Both the position numbers and the translations under genes were made by a program. Below are positions 1-9,570 of a stretch of 64,000 nt of DNA, piece by piece. Within the stretch, counting starts at the first letter, position 1. Each line of letters opens with the position of its first letter. The notes below the pieces were generated by a model. It was not told the DNA's origin and made no database searches. It saw only the letters and a program-made list of their open reading frames with translations. Where the stretch lies: assembly GCA_036735985.1 (NCBI GenBank), contig DAINNH010000001.1, positions 39,735-103,734 on the forward strand. The letters are read 5' to 3'. The DNA comes from Candidatus Alectryobacillus sp. Lineage in GTDB: Bacteria > Bacillota_I > Bacilli_A > RFN20 > CAG-826.

Positions 1-917
1 GCACTACTGCCTATACTTTAATGCAGCATTCATATATAAACGAAATAGTTATTGTTGATCTAAATAAAAATAAAGCTGAAGGTGACGTCTTGGACATGAT
101 TCATGGCTTATCTTTTGTTTCGCAAAAAGTTATTAAAGCTGGCGATTATAGCGATATTAAAGGAGCGAAAGTCGTTATTATTACGGCTGGAGCTGCACAA
201 AAAGAAGGCGAAACCCGCTTAGATTTATTAAAGAAAAATATAAAAGTTTTTGATTCTATTATTGAATCAATTAAACCATATCTTGATGAAAATTCTATTA
301 TTTTAGTTGTCACTAATCCAGTTGATGTCTTATCTTATTACACTTATAAGAAATTAGGCATTAGCGCTAATCGTGTTATTGGAAGTGGAACCGTTCTTGA
401 TTCTTCGCGTCTTAAAACATTATTAAGTGAAGATACTAAAATTGATCCACGCAATATCCATGCTTATGTAATTGGAGAACACGGGGACAGCGAAGTTTGC
501 GCTTTTTCCGTAAGTTCTATTGGTGGAGTAAGCGTGAAAGATTATTGTGCAAGTTGCGGTAAATGCGACATGCGCAAACTTCAAAATTTATCAAATATTG
601 CCTCAGAAGTTGTAAGTGCAGCTTATCAGATTATTCAAAAGAAAGGTGCTACTTTTTATGCTATTGCTTTAAGCGTTGAAAAAATAGTTGATACTATTTT
701 AAATAATCAACATAGTGTATTAACAATTTCAAGTTATATCACTAACGCTTTTGATGGCGAAGTTGATGGTGTTTATCTTTCTTTACCAACGGTTGTTGGT
801 GGCTCAGGTGTTGAAAAAATATTAAATCTTAATTATTCATATGATGAAGTTATTAAATTAATTGCAAGTGCGAAAACACTTAAATCAACTTATAAAGATT
901 TAGAGATAAACGAATAA
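1..917 (+). CDS. ldh: L-lactate dehydrogenase, 5' end cut by window edge
   Basis: Frame of ORF 21..917 stays open back to base 3 (TTAYTL-MQHSY), so the Rossmann N-terminus is off-window; motifs ITAGAAQKEGETRLDL, VVTNPVD, IGSGTVLDSSR, IGEHGDSE are classic L-LDH. Confidence 0.9.
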   Translation, partial: TTAYTLMQHSYINEIVIVDLNKNKAEGDVLDMIHGLSFVSQKVIKAGDYSDIKGAKVVIITAGAAQKEGETRLDLLKKNIKVFDSIIESIKPYLDENSIILVVTNPVDVLSYYTYKKLGISANRVIGSGTVLDSSRLKTLLSEDTKIDPRNIHAYVIGEHGDSEVCAFSVSSIGGVSVKDYCASCGKCDMRKLQNLSNIASEVVSAAYQIIQKKGATFYAIALSVEKIVDTILNNQHSVLTISSYITNAFDGEVDGVYLSLPTVVGGSGVEKILNLNYSYDEVIKLIASAKTLKSTYKDLEINE

Positions 918-1615
918 TGGATCAAAAATATTCAAGAATTGCAGCCTTATTTAAAGAAGAAGATATTAACACTTTAAATAATAGTAAAGTGGCAATTTTT
1001 GGTTTGGGTGGAGTTGGTGGCTATGTTTGTGAAGCTTTAGCTCGTTGTGGTGTTTCTCATCTTATTTTAATCGATAAAGATGTTGTTGAAGAATCAAATA
1101 TAAATCGTCAAATAATTGCTTTAACATCGACAATCGGTCTTGATAAGGTTGATCTTTTTAAGAAACATATATTAGATATTAATCCTAATTGTGAAGTTAT
1201 TATGTATAAACGTTTTATTAAAGGCGATGATGTTAAAGATATTGATCTGGATGGCGTTAATTATATATGTGATGCTATCGATTGTATTTCAGCTAAAATT
1301 TCTTTAATAAAGTATGCCAAAGAGTTGAATATTCCGATTATTTCGGCGATGGGAACAGGCAAGAGAATGGACCCAACTAAGCTTGAAATTACTGATATTT
1401 CAAAAACTTTTAATGATCCACTAGCTAAAGTTATTCGTAAAAGATTAAAAGAAGAAGGCGTTGAAAAACTTGATGTTGTGTTTTCGAGTGAACTTCCAAT
1501 TATTAATAAAGATACTGAGGATAAAGAAACAATTGGCTCGATGATTTTTGTGCCAGCCTCGGCTGGTTTACTTATGGCTAACTACGTTGTTAAGAAATTG
1601 ATTAGTTTTAAATAA
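917..1615 (+). CDS. tcdA: tRNA threonylcarbamoyladenosine dehydratase (ThiF/MoeB fold, TcdA/CsdL type)
   Basis: FGLGGVGGYVCEALARCGV..LIDKDVVEESNINRQ E1-like nucleotide-binding motif, single-domain ~230 aa; TAATG overlap with ldh stop. Confidence 0.75.
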   Translation: MDQKYSRIAALFKEEDINTLNNSKVAIFGLGGVGGYVCEALARCGVSHLILIDKDVVEESNINRQIIALTSTIGLDKVDLFKKHILDINPNCEVIMYKRFIKGDDVKDIDLDGVNYICDAIDCISAKISLIKYAKELNIPIISAMGTGKRMDPTKLEITDISKTFNDPLAKVIRKRLKEEGVEKLDVVFSSELPIINKDTEDKETIGSMIFVPASAGLLMANYVVKKLISFK

Positions 1616-1626
1616 AGGAGAAAAGA

Positions 1627-3267
1627 ATGGAAAGAAAATATTTTAAAGAAAAGGTAATATACCAAATTTATCCACGTTCATTTGCGGATTCAAATGATGA
1701 TGGCATTGGTGACCTTAATGGTATAACTTCTAAACTTGATTATCTAAAAGATCTTGGTGTCGGCATTATTTGGCTTTCCCCTATTTATGATTCTCCTTTA
1801 GATGATATGGGTTATGATGTTCGTAATTATTTTGAAATTCATAAAGATTATGGAACAATGGAAGACTTTGATAATTTAATAAAAGAGGCCAAAAAACGTA
1901 ATATTCGTGTAGTAATGGATCTGGTTGTTAATCATACAAGTGATGAAAATAAATATTTTACTGAAGCATTAAAGGATCCAAATTCTCCTTATCGTAAATG
2001 GTATTATTTTCGTAAAGGCCGTGGTAAGAATGGTAAAAAAGCCCCAAATAATTGGCAATCTATTTTTACAGGCAGCGCCTGGGAAGAACTAAAGAACGAA
2101 CCGGGGATGTATTATTTGCATTTATATGGTAAAAAGCAACCTGATCTTGATTTTCATAATGAAGAAGTAATAAAAGAAGTTGAAAAAATTCTTACTTATT
2201 GGTTAGATAAGGGCGTTTATGGTTTTAGATGTGATGTTATAGATCAAATATATAAGACTAGTTTAGAAAATGGCCGTTTTAGATTTCTTAATACTGGACT
2301 TGAACATTATTTATGTCAAAAAGGTAACCACGATGTTTTAAAGAGATTTAGACAAGATGTTTTTAGTCACTATGACACAGTTGTTATTGGTGAAAATGCA
2401 TTTATGACTTATGATCAAGGGAAAGAATTTATGCAAGGTGATGAACTTGATATGTTTTTCCAATTTGATCATATGAATATTGATAAATGTGCTTTACCAA
2501 TTTTTAGAAAGAAATTTAAGGTCAAGAACTTGCGTTATGCAATGTTTAGATGGGAAGAAGAAGTTTCTTGGAATGCAATTTATTTTGAAAATCATGACCA
2601 ATTACGATCAATTGATCGTTTTGGAAATCCACAAAAATACTATAAAGAATCTGGAAAGGCATTAGCAACACTTTTAATTACAATTAAAGGCACCCCATTT
2701 ATTTATAATGGTCAAGAGATTGGAATGCTTGATTACGATCATATTAATGAAGAAGATATTAATGATGTTTCGGTCAAAAATGTTGCCAGAATGCTTAAAC
2801 ATGTTCCGCTTACAAAAAGACAAAAAGAAAAGTTAGAGTTTGCAATTAATCGCGATAATGTTCGCTCGCCTATGGCCTGGAGCAATTCTATAAATGCTGG
2901 CTTTTGTCCAACTGCAAAGCCATGGTTAAAAGCGAATGAAAAGTATAAGCTTGGGATAAATGTCGCTGATAATGAAAAAGACCCAGAGTCTATTCTAAAT
3001 TATTATAAAAAATTAATTTCTTTACGCAATAATGATGAAATTTTGCAATATGGTGAATTTGTTTTACACCAATCAAATAAAAATTTGATTGTTTATTCTC
3101 GTGTTTTAGATAATCATGAATATTTTGTAATTATTAATTTATCAAAAAAGAATATTAAAATTAAGCAAAACCTCAATAATTGGGAAAAGATTATTGAAAA
3201 TACCTGCATAAACCAATTTGTTGGGAAAGTTCCTCCTTATTATGCCGGTGTTTATAAAGTTAAATAG
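1627..3267 (+). CDS. GH13 alpha-glucosidase / oligo-1,6-glucosidase-like
   Basis: YQIYPRSFADSNDDGIGDLNGI, DYLKDLGVGIIWLSPIY, VVNHTS, GFRCDVID, FENHDQ conserved GH13 regions; SD AAGGAG 7 nt upstream; no signal peptide. Confidence 0.85.
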   Translation: MERKYFKEKVIYQIYPRSFADSNDDGIGDLNGITSKLDYLKDLGVGIIWLSPIYDSPLDDMGYDVRNYFEIHKDYGTMEDFDNLIKEAKKRNIRVVMDLVVNHTSDENKYFTEALKDPNSPYRKWYYFRKGRGKNGKKAPNNWQSIFTGSAWEELKNEPGMYYLHLYGKKQPDLDFHNEEVIKEVEKILTYWLDKGVYGFRCDVIDQIYKTSLENGRFRFLNTGLEHYLCQKGNHDVLKRFRQDVFSHYDTVVIGENAFMTYDQGKEFMQGDELDMFFQFDHMNIDKCALPIFRKKFKVKNLRYAMFRWEEEVSWNAIYFENHDQLRSIDRFGNPQKYYKESGKALATLLITIKGTPFIYNGQEIGMLDYDHINEEDINDVSVKNVARMLKHVPLTKRQKEKLEFAINRDNVRSPMAWSNSINAGFCPTAKPWLKANEKYKLGINVADNEKDPESILNYYKKLISLRNNDEILQYGEFVLHQSNKNLIVYSRVLDNHEYFVIINLSKKNIKIKQNLNNWEKIIENTCINQFVGKVPPYYAGVYKVK

Positions 3268-3309
3268 TAATAGATTATTTATGAACCTTATTTTAAAATA
3301 AATATATAA

Positions 3310-5598
3310 ATGAAAAAAACCATCTTTAAAATTTTAGGTGTTTCATTATGTATCGGTATTGGAAGCTTAATTCCGCGTCTTTCTTATGCTGCTTTTACAT
3401 CGACGACCAACAATTTAGGAAGTGCATATACAATCAATCTTTCAACAGATTCGTTAGGTGAAAACGACACCCATACTATTTATTGGTATGGTTCCAGCGG
3501 CCTAATGGATATTATGAATGATCCTTCTAAATATACAACACAAGATGATTTGTTGTTGGCTCTTCGCAAAGGATATAAGAGCTATTCAATTTATACAAAC
3601 AATTATGATAATGCCATTACTTTTAATAATGGACTATTTAAGATTACCGATCGTGATTATGAAAGCTCTTCTTTAACAATGCCTTATGACCTTAATGCTG
3701 ATAATGATTATGTTATCAGTGCTTTATATAATTCTAATTCATATACCTCAACTTCTTCGTTCGATGAAATTGAACCTGGTTATGTTGTGCCTTTAGGTTT
3801 AACTAATCATTATAATAATGCAGCAGAAACCGATTATTTTAATATTTATATGATGGATAAAGAAGCAAATAACGCTAAAGGAAAATTATATTTTGGTGAT
3901 AAAGAATGTATGGGAACCTCGACGGCTCTTATTTCTTTAGATAGCGCTCAAACTGGTTTTAGTGAGAGCTTATCAGCTAGCGAACAAGCTAAATTTTGGA
4001 AAATTTGGAAACAAGAAATTGATGGAAAGACTTATAAAGTATTTGAACCAGCAGATGATGATAAAAGAATAGTGGCTCACGCCTGTTTTTATATGGCCAC
4101 AAAATATTTTAAAACAACTAGTGAAAAAAACGATTCTGCCAATAAACAATTTGGACTATCTCTTACAAGTTATAATCATGAATACGATAATGGAAGTATT
4201 GATGATACTACAGTTAATAGACTATTTGGGGACGCAAGTGCCTTAAAGAGATGGTCTAATATGACGTCCAAGAAAACAAATTTTGAAAAATATCGTAATA
4301 ACATTGTTTTTGACAATATTCATAATGTCAGAAATATTTATATAGATTTTCCAGATAAACTTTCAGACGTTTTATTTGGAGATACATTCGATTTAAGTGC
4401 CTTTAATGGTGTTAGTTTTACAGAAGATGTCAAAGGCAAAACACAAACCATTCTCAAAGATAACACTCATGTTTATAATGTAAATTATTTTTCGAGTGAA
4501 GGCAAAATTCTTTCATATTCTGTAAGCAATTCCTCAATTGCATCTGTTGAATATGACAACACCTCAACTTCATCTTGTAAGAGCGTTAAGGTGACAGTAT
4601 TAGGAACTGGTAGTTTTGATTTAAAGGCATATTTTATTGCTAATGATTTGACTGAATATTCGAACACTCTTCTGATTAATGTCATTGAAAAACCTGCAGA
4701 AGCCGTAAATTATTCTATTACACTTCCTGAAGGAGTCGATGTATTACATTTAAATAAAGCTAACCTTAATAAGGTTCAAAATATCAATGATTATGTTTCT
4801 GTAATATCTTCTATTAATCCAAGTGATATTCATAGAATTAACTACACTTTATCTGAAGAGGCTAGCTCACAAGAAGTTACAATTACTAGCTCTAATCCAA
4901 GTAGTGTTTTTGTTGTTAATAAGTCTTTTATTTGTATGGCTGTTGGTGAAGCCACTATTACAATTTCTTTAAAGAATTATTCCTATATTTCCGCTTCATT
5001 TATTGTTAAAGTGGATTATGCAAATAATGGAGTTGGAACAATTTCAATTGCTAATAAAGGAACATTTATTGAGCTAGATACAAGCGGAACAAATTATGCT
5101 TCTAGTGTTCAATTAAATGTTGTTATCGATACACCTGAAGAAGATGAATCTTATGAATTTATAAGTGGTAACAGCGACATCGTGAGCGTTGATGCGAATG
5201 GATTAGTTAAAGCCTTAGGTGTTGGTTCAACAAAAGTAACCGTAAGTCATACTTCTAAAAATACAAAGGATTCGCAAGGTAATTATGTAGTAATAAGTGA
5301 TTCTATTAATATTTTAGTAAGTAGTAATGGTGAAAAACTTGTTGGAACAGATTTATCCAATGCCGTTACTTATGTAATCATCGGCTCAACTGTCTTAGCA
5401 GGACTTGGGTTTGTTGTTTTTGCATTGTTTGTTACCTTTGGAAAAGATAAAGATGCAAATCTTAAAAAAGAAAATAAAGAGGGTCAAACAAAATACAACG
5501 AAGAAGTTGAAAAGAAAAAGAAAGAAAAGGCCGCTAAGAAGGCTCAAAAAGAACTTGATAAAATTCGTGAAAAAGAAATTAAAAAAATGACTAAGTAA
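3310..5598 (+). CDS. Large surface protein: signal peptide, unknown N-domain, Ig-like (Big_2-type) repeats, C-terminal TM anchor and Lys-rich tail
   Basis: N-terminal MKKTIFKILGVSLCIGIGSLIPRLSYA signal-like segment; ISGNSDIVSVDANGLVKALGVGSTKVTVSH is a Big_2-type motif; hydrophobic VTYVIIGSTVLAGLGFVVFALFVTF followed by KKENK..EKKKKEKAAKKAQKE tail. Confidence 0.6.
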   Translation: MKKTIFKILGVSLCIGIGSLIPRLSYAAFTSTTNNLGSAYTINLSTDSLGENDTHTIYWYGSSGLMDIMNDPSKYTTQDDLLLALRKGYKSYSIYTNNYDNAITFNNGLFKITDRDYESSSLTMPYDLNADNDYVISALYNSNSYTSTSSFDEIEPGYVVPLGLTNHYNNAAETDYFNIYMMDKEANNAKGKLYFGDKECMGTSTALISLDSAQTGFSESLSASEQAKFWKIWKQEIDGKTYKVFEPADDDKRIVAHACFYMATKYFKTTSEKNDSANKQFGLSLTSYNHEYDNGSIDDTTVNRLFGDASALKRWSNMTSKKTNFEKYRNNIVFDNIHNVRNIYIDFPDKLSDVLFGDTFDLSAFNGVSFTEDVKGKTQTILKDNTHVYNVNYFSSEGKILSYSVSNSSIASVEYDNTSTSSCKSVKVTVLGTGSFDLKAYFIANDLTEYSNTLLINVIEKPAEAVNYSITLPEGVDVLHLNKANLNKVQNINDYVSVISSINPSDIHRINYTLSEEASSQEVTITSSNPSSVFVVNKSFICMAVGEATITISLKNYSYISASFIVKVDYANNGVGTISIANKGTFIELDTSGTNYASSVQLNVVIDTPEEDESYEFISGNSDIVSVDANGLVKALGVGSTKVTVSHTSKNTKDSQGNYVVISDSINILVSSNGEKLVGTDLSNAVTYVIIGSTVLAGLGFVVFALFVTFGKDKDANLKKENKEGQTKYNEEVEKKKKEKAAKKAQKELDKIREKEIKKMTK

Positions 5599-5599
5599 T

Positions 5600-5629
5600 A
5601 AAAAACAAGCATTATCTGCTTGTTTTTTT
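5600..5629. terminator. Bidirectional intrinsic terminator between surface-protein gene and surE
   Basis: A-run, stem ACAAGCA / TGCTTGT (5605-5611 / 5617-5623), 5-nt loop, T-run; overlaps the last surE codons. Confidence 0.6.
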
Positions 5630-6337
5630 ATTTAATTCTTCAAAGCCGTAATCATCCATCAAATTTTTCTTTATTGGAGTTAAAGACACAATATGATGGT
5701 TTAAATAATAGAAGTCAGTGTCGATTAGATTTTCATCTATAATCTCACGATGGAGATAATAAATTTCGTTAACATTGTTATAAAAAGTTTTGTCATTACG
5801 ATATGAAAGCTTTGAGACTTTGATTCCTTTTACCGAAGAACCGTAAGGAAAATTGACACTTAAAAGAAATTTATTACTAATAAGATCATGCTCCAAAATA
5901 TAATCAAAAACGTTATCAAAATTGTTTTTGAAATTTTCGAAAGTGTTACGAGGCGTTGAAAAAGCTATTGATTTAGTACGGTTTTTAATACCCTCGATTC
6001 CGGCACCAATAGTTCCACTATATAAAGTGTCATAACCGACGTTTTCACCATTATTACAGCCACTTACTAATAAATCGAATTTAATATTTAAAGATGTTAT
6101 ACCAAAGCAAGCACAATCTACAGGTGTACCATCTAAAGAGTACATGTCGGGTCCTTTTCTAGTTACGCTAAAACCTTTAACAATGTTTATAGAAGAACTT
6201 TTACCACTTTGCGGGGTGTCTGGAGCCACAATAACAATTCTTTCTGCATATTTTGAAAGCAAGTCTTTTAACAAGACAATGCCCTCGGAGCCAAATCCGT
6301 CATCGTTTACAAGTAAAATATTTTCAAATGTTTTCAT
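5612..6337 (-). CDS. surE: 5'/3'-nucleotidase SurE
   Basis: N-terminal ILLVNDDGFGSEGI motif and GTPVDC, YSGTIGAG motifs of SurE; ~240 aa. Confidence 0.85.
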   Translation of the reverse strand: MKTFENILLVNDDGFGSEGIVLLKDLLSKYAERIVIVAPDTPQSGKSSSINIVKGFSVTRKGPDMYSLDGTPVDCACFGITSLNIKFDLLVSGCNNGENVGYDTLYSGTIGAGIEGIKNRTKSIAFSTPRNTFENFKNNFDNVFDYILEHDLISNKFLLSVNFPYGSSVKGIKVSKLSYRNDKTFYNNVNEIYYLHREIIDENLIDTDFYYLNHHIVSLTPIKKNLMDDYGFEELNKKTSR

Positions 6338-6537
6338 GTTATTTATTTTACTTGGTTTTTATTTGAGTTTCTATATTATAAGCGTTTATTTTGCTATATT
6401 AAAAAATCAATATGATTATATTTAAAGTTAATAAATGTCTTTTTAAATATATCATAAAGCTTCTTTTAAATATTTATATTTAAAAATGAAAATAGCTTAC
6501 TAATCGTATATAATTAAATAGTTAGGGGAATTTGTAT

Positions 6538-7014
6538 ATGGAAGAAAGAAAGAATATTTCGTGGGACGAATATTTTATGGGTATTGCCTTATTAAGCGCT
6601 AAAAGAAGCAAGGATCCGTCGACACAAGTAGGTGCTTGTATTGTTGATGATGATAATAAAGTAGTTTCTATCGGTTATAATGGTATGCCTAAAGGTCTTG
6701 ATGAAACTCAACTTTCATGGAACAAAAATGAAGGTCTAGATTCAAAATATTTATATGTTTGCCACGCGGAAATGAATGCCATTTTAAATACTCGAAATGG
6801 CTCCGCTCTTAAAGGATGCCGTGTTTATGTCACTCTCTTCCCATGTAATGAGTGTGCTAAAGCTCTTATTCAAGTTGGCATTAAAGAGATTATTTATTTA
6901 GACAATAAATACTGCGATCAAATTTCAACTCAAGCTTCAAAGAAAATGTTTAATCTTGCCGGTATTAAATTAACTAACTATAGTGGAAGATATTCCAAAA
7001 TTAACCTTGAATGA
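6538..7014 (+). CDS. comEB: dCMP (deoxycytidylate) deaminase
   Basis: Zinc-deaminase motifs CHAEMNAI and PCNECAK, WDEYFMGIALLSAKRSKDP N-terminus; ATG 6538 preferred over track TTG 6532 (AGGGG 9 nt upstream). Confidence 0.85.
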   Translation: MEERKNISWDEYFMGIALLSAKRSKDPSTQVGACIVDDDNKVVSIGYNGMPKGLDETQLSWNKNEGLDSKYLYVCHAEMNAILNTRNGSALKGCRVYVTLFPCNECAKALIQVGIKEIIYLDNKYCDQISTQASKKMFNLAGIKLTNYSGRYSKINLE

Positions 7015-7847
7015 AGTGTGTAGAATTTAAAAATGTTTCCCTTCGCTATGAAAAAGATGTTGAACTTTTAAAAGACATTAATTTTAGTATCGAAGAAGGT
7101 GAAATTGTTTCAATAATTGGTGCAAATGGTGTTGGCAAATCAACGATAGCAAAAATGATCATGGGATTATTAAGTGCTAATAGTGGATCCATCACAGTTT
7201 TTGGTTTGCCAATTGATTCAAATAATTCAAATGATAGAAACATTGAAAAGATACGTTCACAAGCCGGTTATGTTTTTCAAAACCCTGATAATCAATTTGT
7301 TGGAAATACTGTTGCAGATGATGTTGCCTTTAGACTAGAAAATAATCTTGTTAAGCAAAAAGAGATGGACAAAATTATAGATGATAAATTAATTGAAGTT
7401 GGGATGCTTGATTATAAAAAATATGAACCATCTAGTTTATCTGGTGGACAAAAACAACGTGTTGCCATTGCTAGTAACATTGTTGTGCCTTTAAAGCTTT
7501 TAATTTTGGATGAATCAACTTCTATGATTGATCCAAAAGGCAAAAAAGATATTATTAACATTGTTTTAAATGTTAAGAAAGAAAATCCAAATATGACAAT
7601 TATTATGATTACTCATAATATGGATGAGACGTTATTTTCGAATAGAGTTTTAGTTGTTGATAATGGAGTGATTGCTTTTGATGGAGCTCCTAAAACTTTA
7701 TTCCAAAATAACGAACTTTTGCAGCGATTTCAATTAAATGAGCCTTTTAATTTTGAACTTGCTAAAAAAATGAGTGAGAACGGATATGATGTTTCATATG
7801 ATAGTTCTTATGAAGAAATGGTGAATAAATTATGTCAATCCAAATAG
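7011..7847 (+). CDS. ecfA1: ECF transporter ATPase subunit A1
   Basis: Walker A GANGVGKST, signature LSGGQKQRVAIA, Walker B LILDEST; ATGA overlap with comEB; first of ecfA-ecfA-ecfT. Confidence 0.85.
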   Translation: MKCVEFKNVSLRYEKDVELLKDINFSIEEGEIVSIIGANGVGKSTIAKMIMGLLSANSGSITVFGLPIDSNNSNDRNIEKIRSQAGYVFQNPDNQFVGNTVADDVAFRLENNLVKQKEMDKIIDDKLIEVGMLDYKKYEPSSLSGGQKQRVAIASNIVVPLKLLILDESTSMIDPKGKKDIINIVLNVKKENPNMTIIMITHNMDETLFSNRVLVVDNGVIAFDGAPKTLFQNNELLQRFQLNEPFNFELAKKMSENGYDVSYDSSYEEMVNKLCQSK

Positions 7848-8683
7848 AACATCTTTCTCATATTTATAATTATAAAACCGAAGTTGAAGTAAAGGCTCTA
7901 GATGATGTTACGGTGAACTTTGATGGACACTTTTTTACAGCTGTTATTGGTAAAACAGGAAGTGGAAAATCTACTTTAATCCAACACATTAATGGCTTAC
8001 TAAAACCTAATACTGGAAAAATTAATGTAGACGGTTTTGTTATTTCTTCTAACAAGAAAGAATGCAGCAAAAACATCCTAAATCTTCGTAAAAATGTTGG
8101 ATATTTGTTTCAATTTTCTGAAAATCAATTATTTGAGGATACTGTTTTAAAGGATGTAATGTTTGCGCCTATTAACTATGGTTATAGTAAAGAAGAAGCA
8201 ACATCATTAGCAAAAGGTTCTTTAAATAGTGTAGGTATTGGTTCTTCTTTTTATGAAAAATCTCCTTTCGAACTTTCGGGTGGTGAAAAAAGAAGAGTGG
8301 CTCTTGCTGGCGTTATTGCTACAAAACCTAAGTATTTAATACTGGATGAGCCAACAGCTGGTCTCGATCATCGTGGTATTGAAGCTATTATGTCTTTGCT
8401 TGTAGATATCTATAATAATGGAACGAACATTATTTTAATTACGCACGATATGGACATTGCCTACAAATATGCAACAGATATTCTTTTAATTGATAATAAA
8501 AAAGTTGTTTTTTATAAGGCAGTATTTGAAGCGTTTCAAGAAGACCTATCAAAATATGATATAGAAAGCCCAAACATTGTTAAATTAGTTAAAGATTTAA
8601 AGGCAAAAGGCCTTAAAATTAATTTTAATAATGTTCGTGATATAGATGATTTATTGAAAGAAATTAAAGGATATAGGAAATAA
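7832..8683 (+). CDS. ecfA2: ECF transporter ATPase subunit A2
   Basis: Walker A GKTGSGKST, LSGGEKRRVALA, LILDEPTAGLD; 16-nt overlap with ecfA1. Confidence 0.85.
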   Translation: MSIQIEHLSHIYNYKTEVEVKALDDVTVNFDGHFFTAVIGKTGSGKSTLIQHINGLLKPNTGKINVDGFVISSNKKECSKNILNLRKNVGYLFQFSENQLFEDTVLKDVMFAPINYGYSKEEATSLAKGSLNSVGIGSSFYEKSPFELSGGEKRRVALAGVIATKPKYLILDEPTAGLDHRGIEAIMSLLVDIYNNGTNIILITHDMDIAYKYATDILLIDNKKVVFYKAVFEAFQEDLSKYDIESPNIVKLVKDLKAKGLKINFNNVRDIDDLLKEIKGYRK

Positions 8684-8684
8684 G

Positions 8685-9566
8685 ATGGATACCTCGCTTG
8701 TTTTAGGTAAATACATACCACGTAATACCTTCTTTCATAAAATTGATCCTCGGGTAAAATTATTTTTACTTATTTTATTAATGGTTGCTGTCTTTTTACC
8801 ATACGGAAGTTTTGTTTCGACATTTATTCTTGATGGCATGTTGTTGGTCTTAACATTAATCATTTTATTAATGTGTAAAATAAGCTTTAGATCGGTGTTT
8901 TCGTCATTAAAAACACTTTGGTTGACCTTGTTGTTTTTGTTGATAATCAATATATTTATTCCAAATCAAGTATATTCATATTCACTATGTGATTGGAATG
9001 GTTTTCATATTTATTTAGAATCGATTTTTCAATCTATTAAAATTATGTTAAGAATCGTTCTAATGATTTTGTTAACCCTTATATTAACCGCCACAACCAA
9101 ACCAACCGATTTATCATATTCTTTTGAATGGTATTTTACTCCATTAAAACTTTTTAAAGTGCCAGTTTCTGTGTTTGCGATGATCGTTTCATTAACATTA
9201 AGATTCATTCCAACAATTCTTGAAGAAACGATGCGTTTAAAGAAGGCCCAAGAATCACGTGGTGTTGATTTTGAACACGGTAAAATTACAAAAAGAATTC
9301 GCGCTATATTTTCCCTAATTATTCCATTATTTATTTCTACTTTCTCGCGTTCGACTGATTTAGCAGAAGCTCTAGAAGTTAGAGGATATGTTCCAAATGC
9401 CAAACGTACAAGATATTCTGTTTTGCATTTTTCTTATCGTGATATTGTTTCATTTTTATTCATTAGTGCTGTTTCTGCAGGGTTTTATACATTATCTTAT
9501 TATCAATTTGATATACTAGGCGTCTTATTTAACTTTAGTAACGCCATTACTACTTTAGGAGCGTGA
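8685..9566 (+). CDS. ecfT: ECF transporter transmembrane subunit T
   Basis: Multi-TM CbiQ/EcfT-like protein with IDPRVKL start region and the two coupling-helix Ala-Arg-Gly-type motifs (AQESRGV, ALEVRGY); position after ecfA1/A2. Confidence 0.85.
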   Translation: MDTSLVLGKYIPRNTFFHKIDPRVKLFLLILLMVAVFLPYGSFVSTFILDGMLLVLTLIILLMCKISFRSVFSSLKTLWLTLLFLLIINIFIPNQVYSYSLCDWNGFHIYLESIFQSIKIMLRIVLMILLTLILTATTKPTDLSYSFEWYFTPLKLFKVPVSVFAMIVSLTLRFIPTILEETMRLKKAQESRGVDFEHGKITKRIRAIFSLIIPLFISTFSRSTDLAEALEVRGYVPNAKRTRYSVLHFSYRDIVSFLFISAVSAGFYTLSYYQFDILGVLFNFSNAITTLGA

Positions 9567-9570
9567 CCGT

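Noticed and set aside
2480-2665. Short nested or antisense ORFs inside confident genes, e.g. 2480-2665, 4485-4685, 5405-5590, 6144-6425, 9029-9403, 13940-14305, 25826-26218, 30299-30673, 37612-37971 and 63070-63348
   Set aside because: Each is fully contained in, or antisense to, a gene with clear family motifs. They lack ribosome-binding sites and have composition-driven sequences. I treated them as ORF-caller noise.
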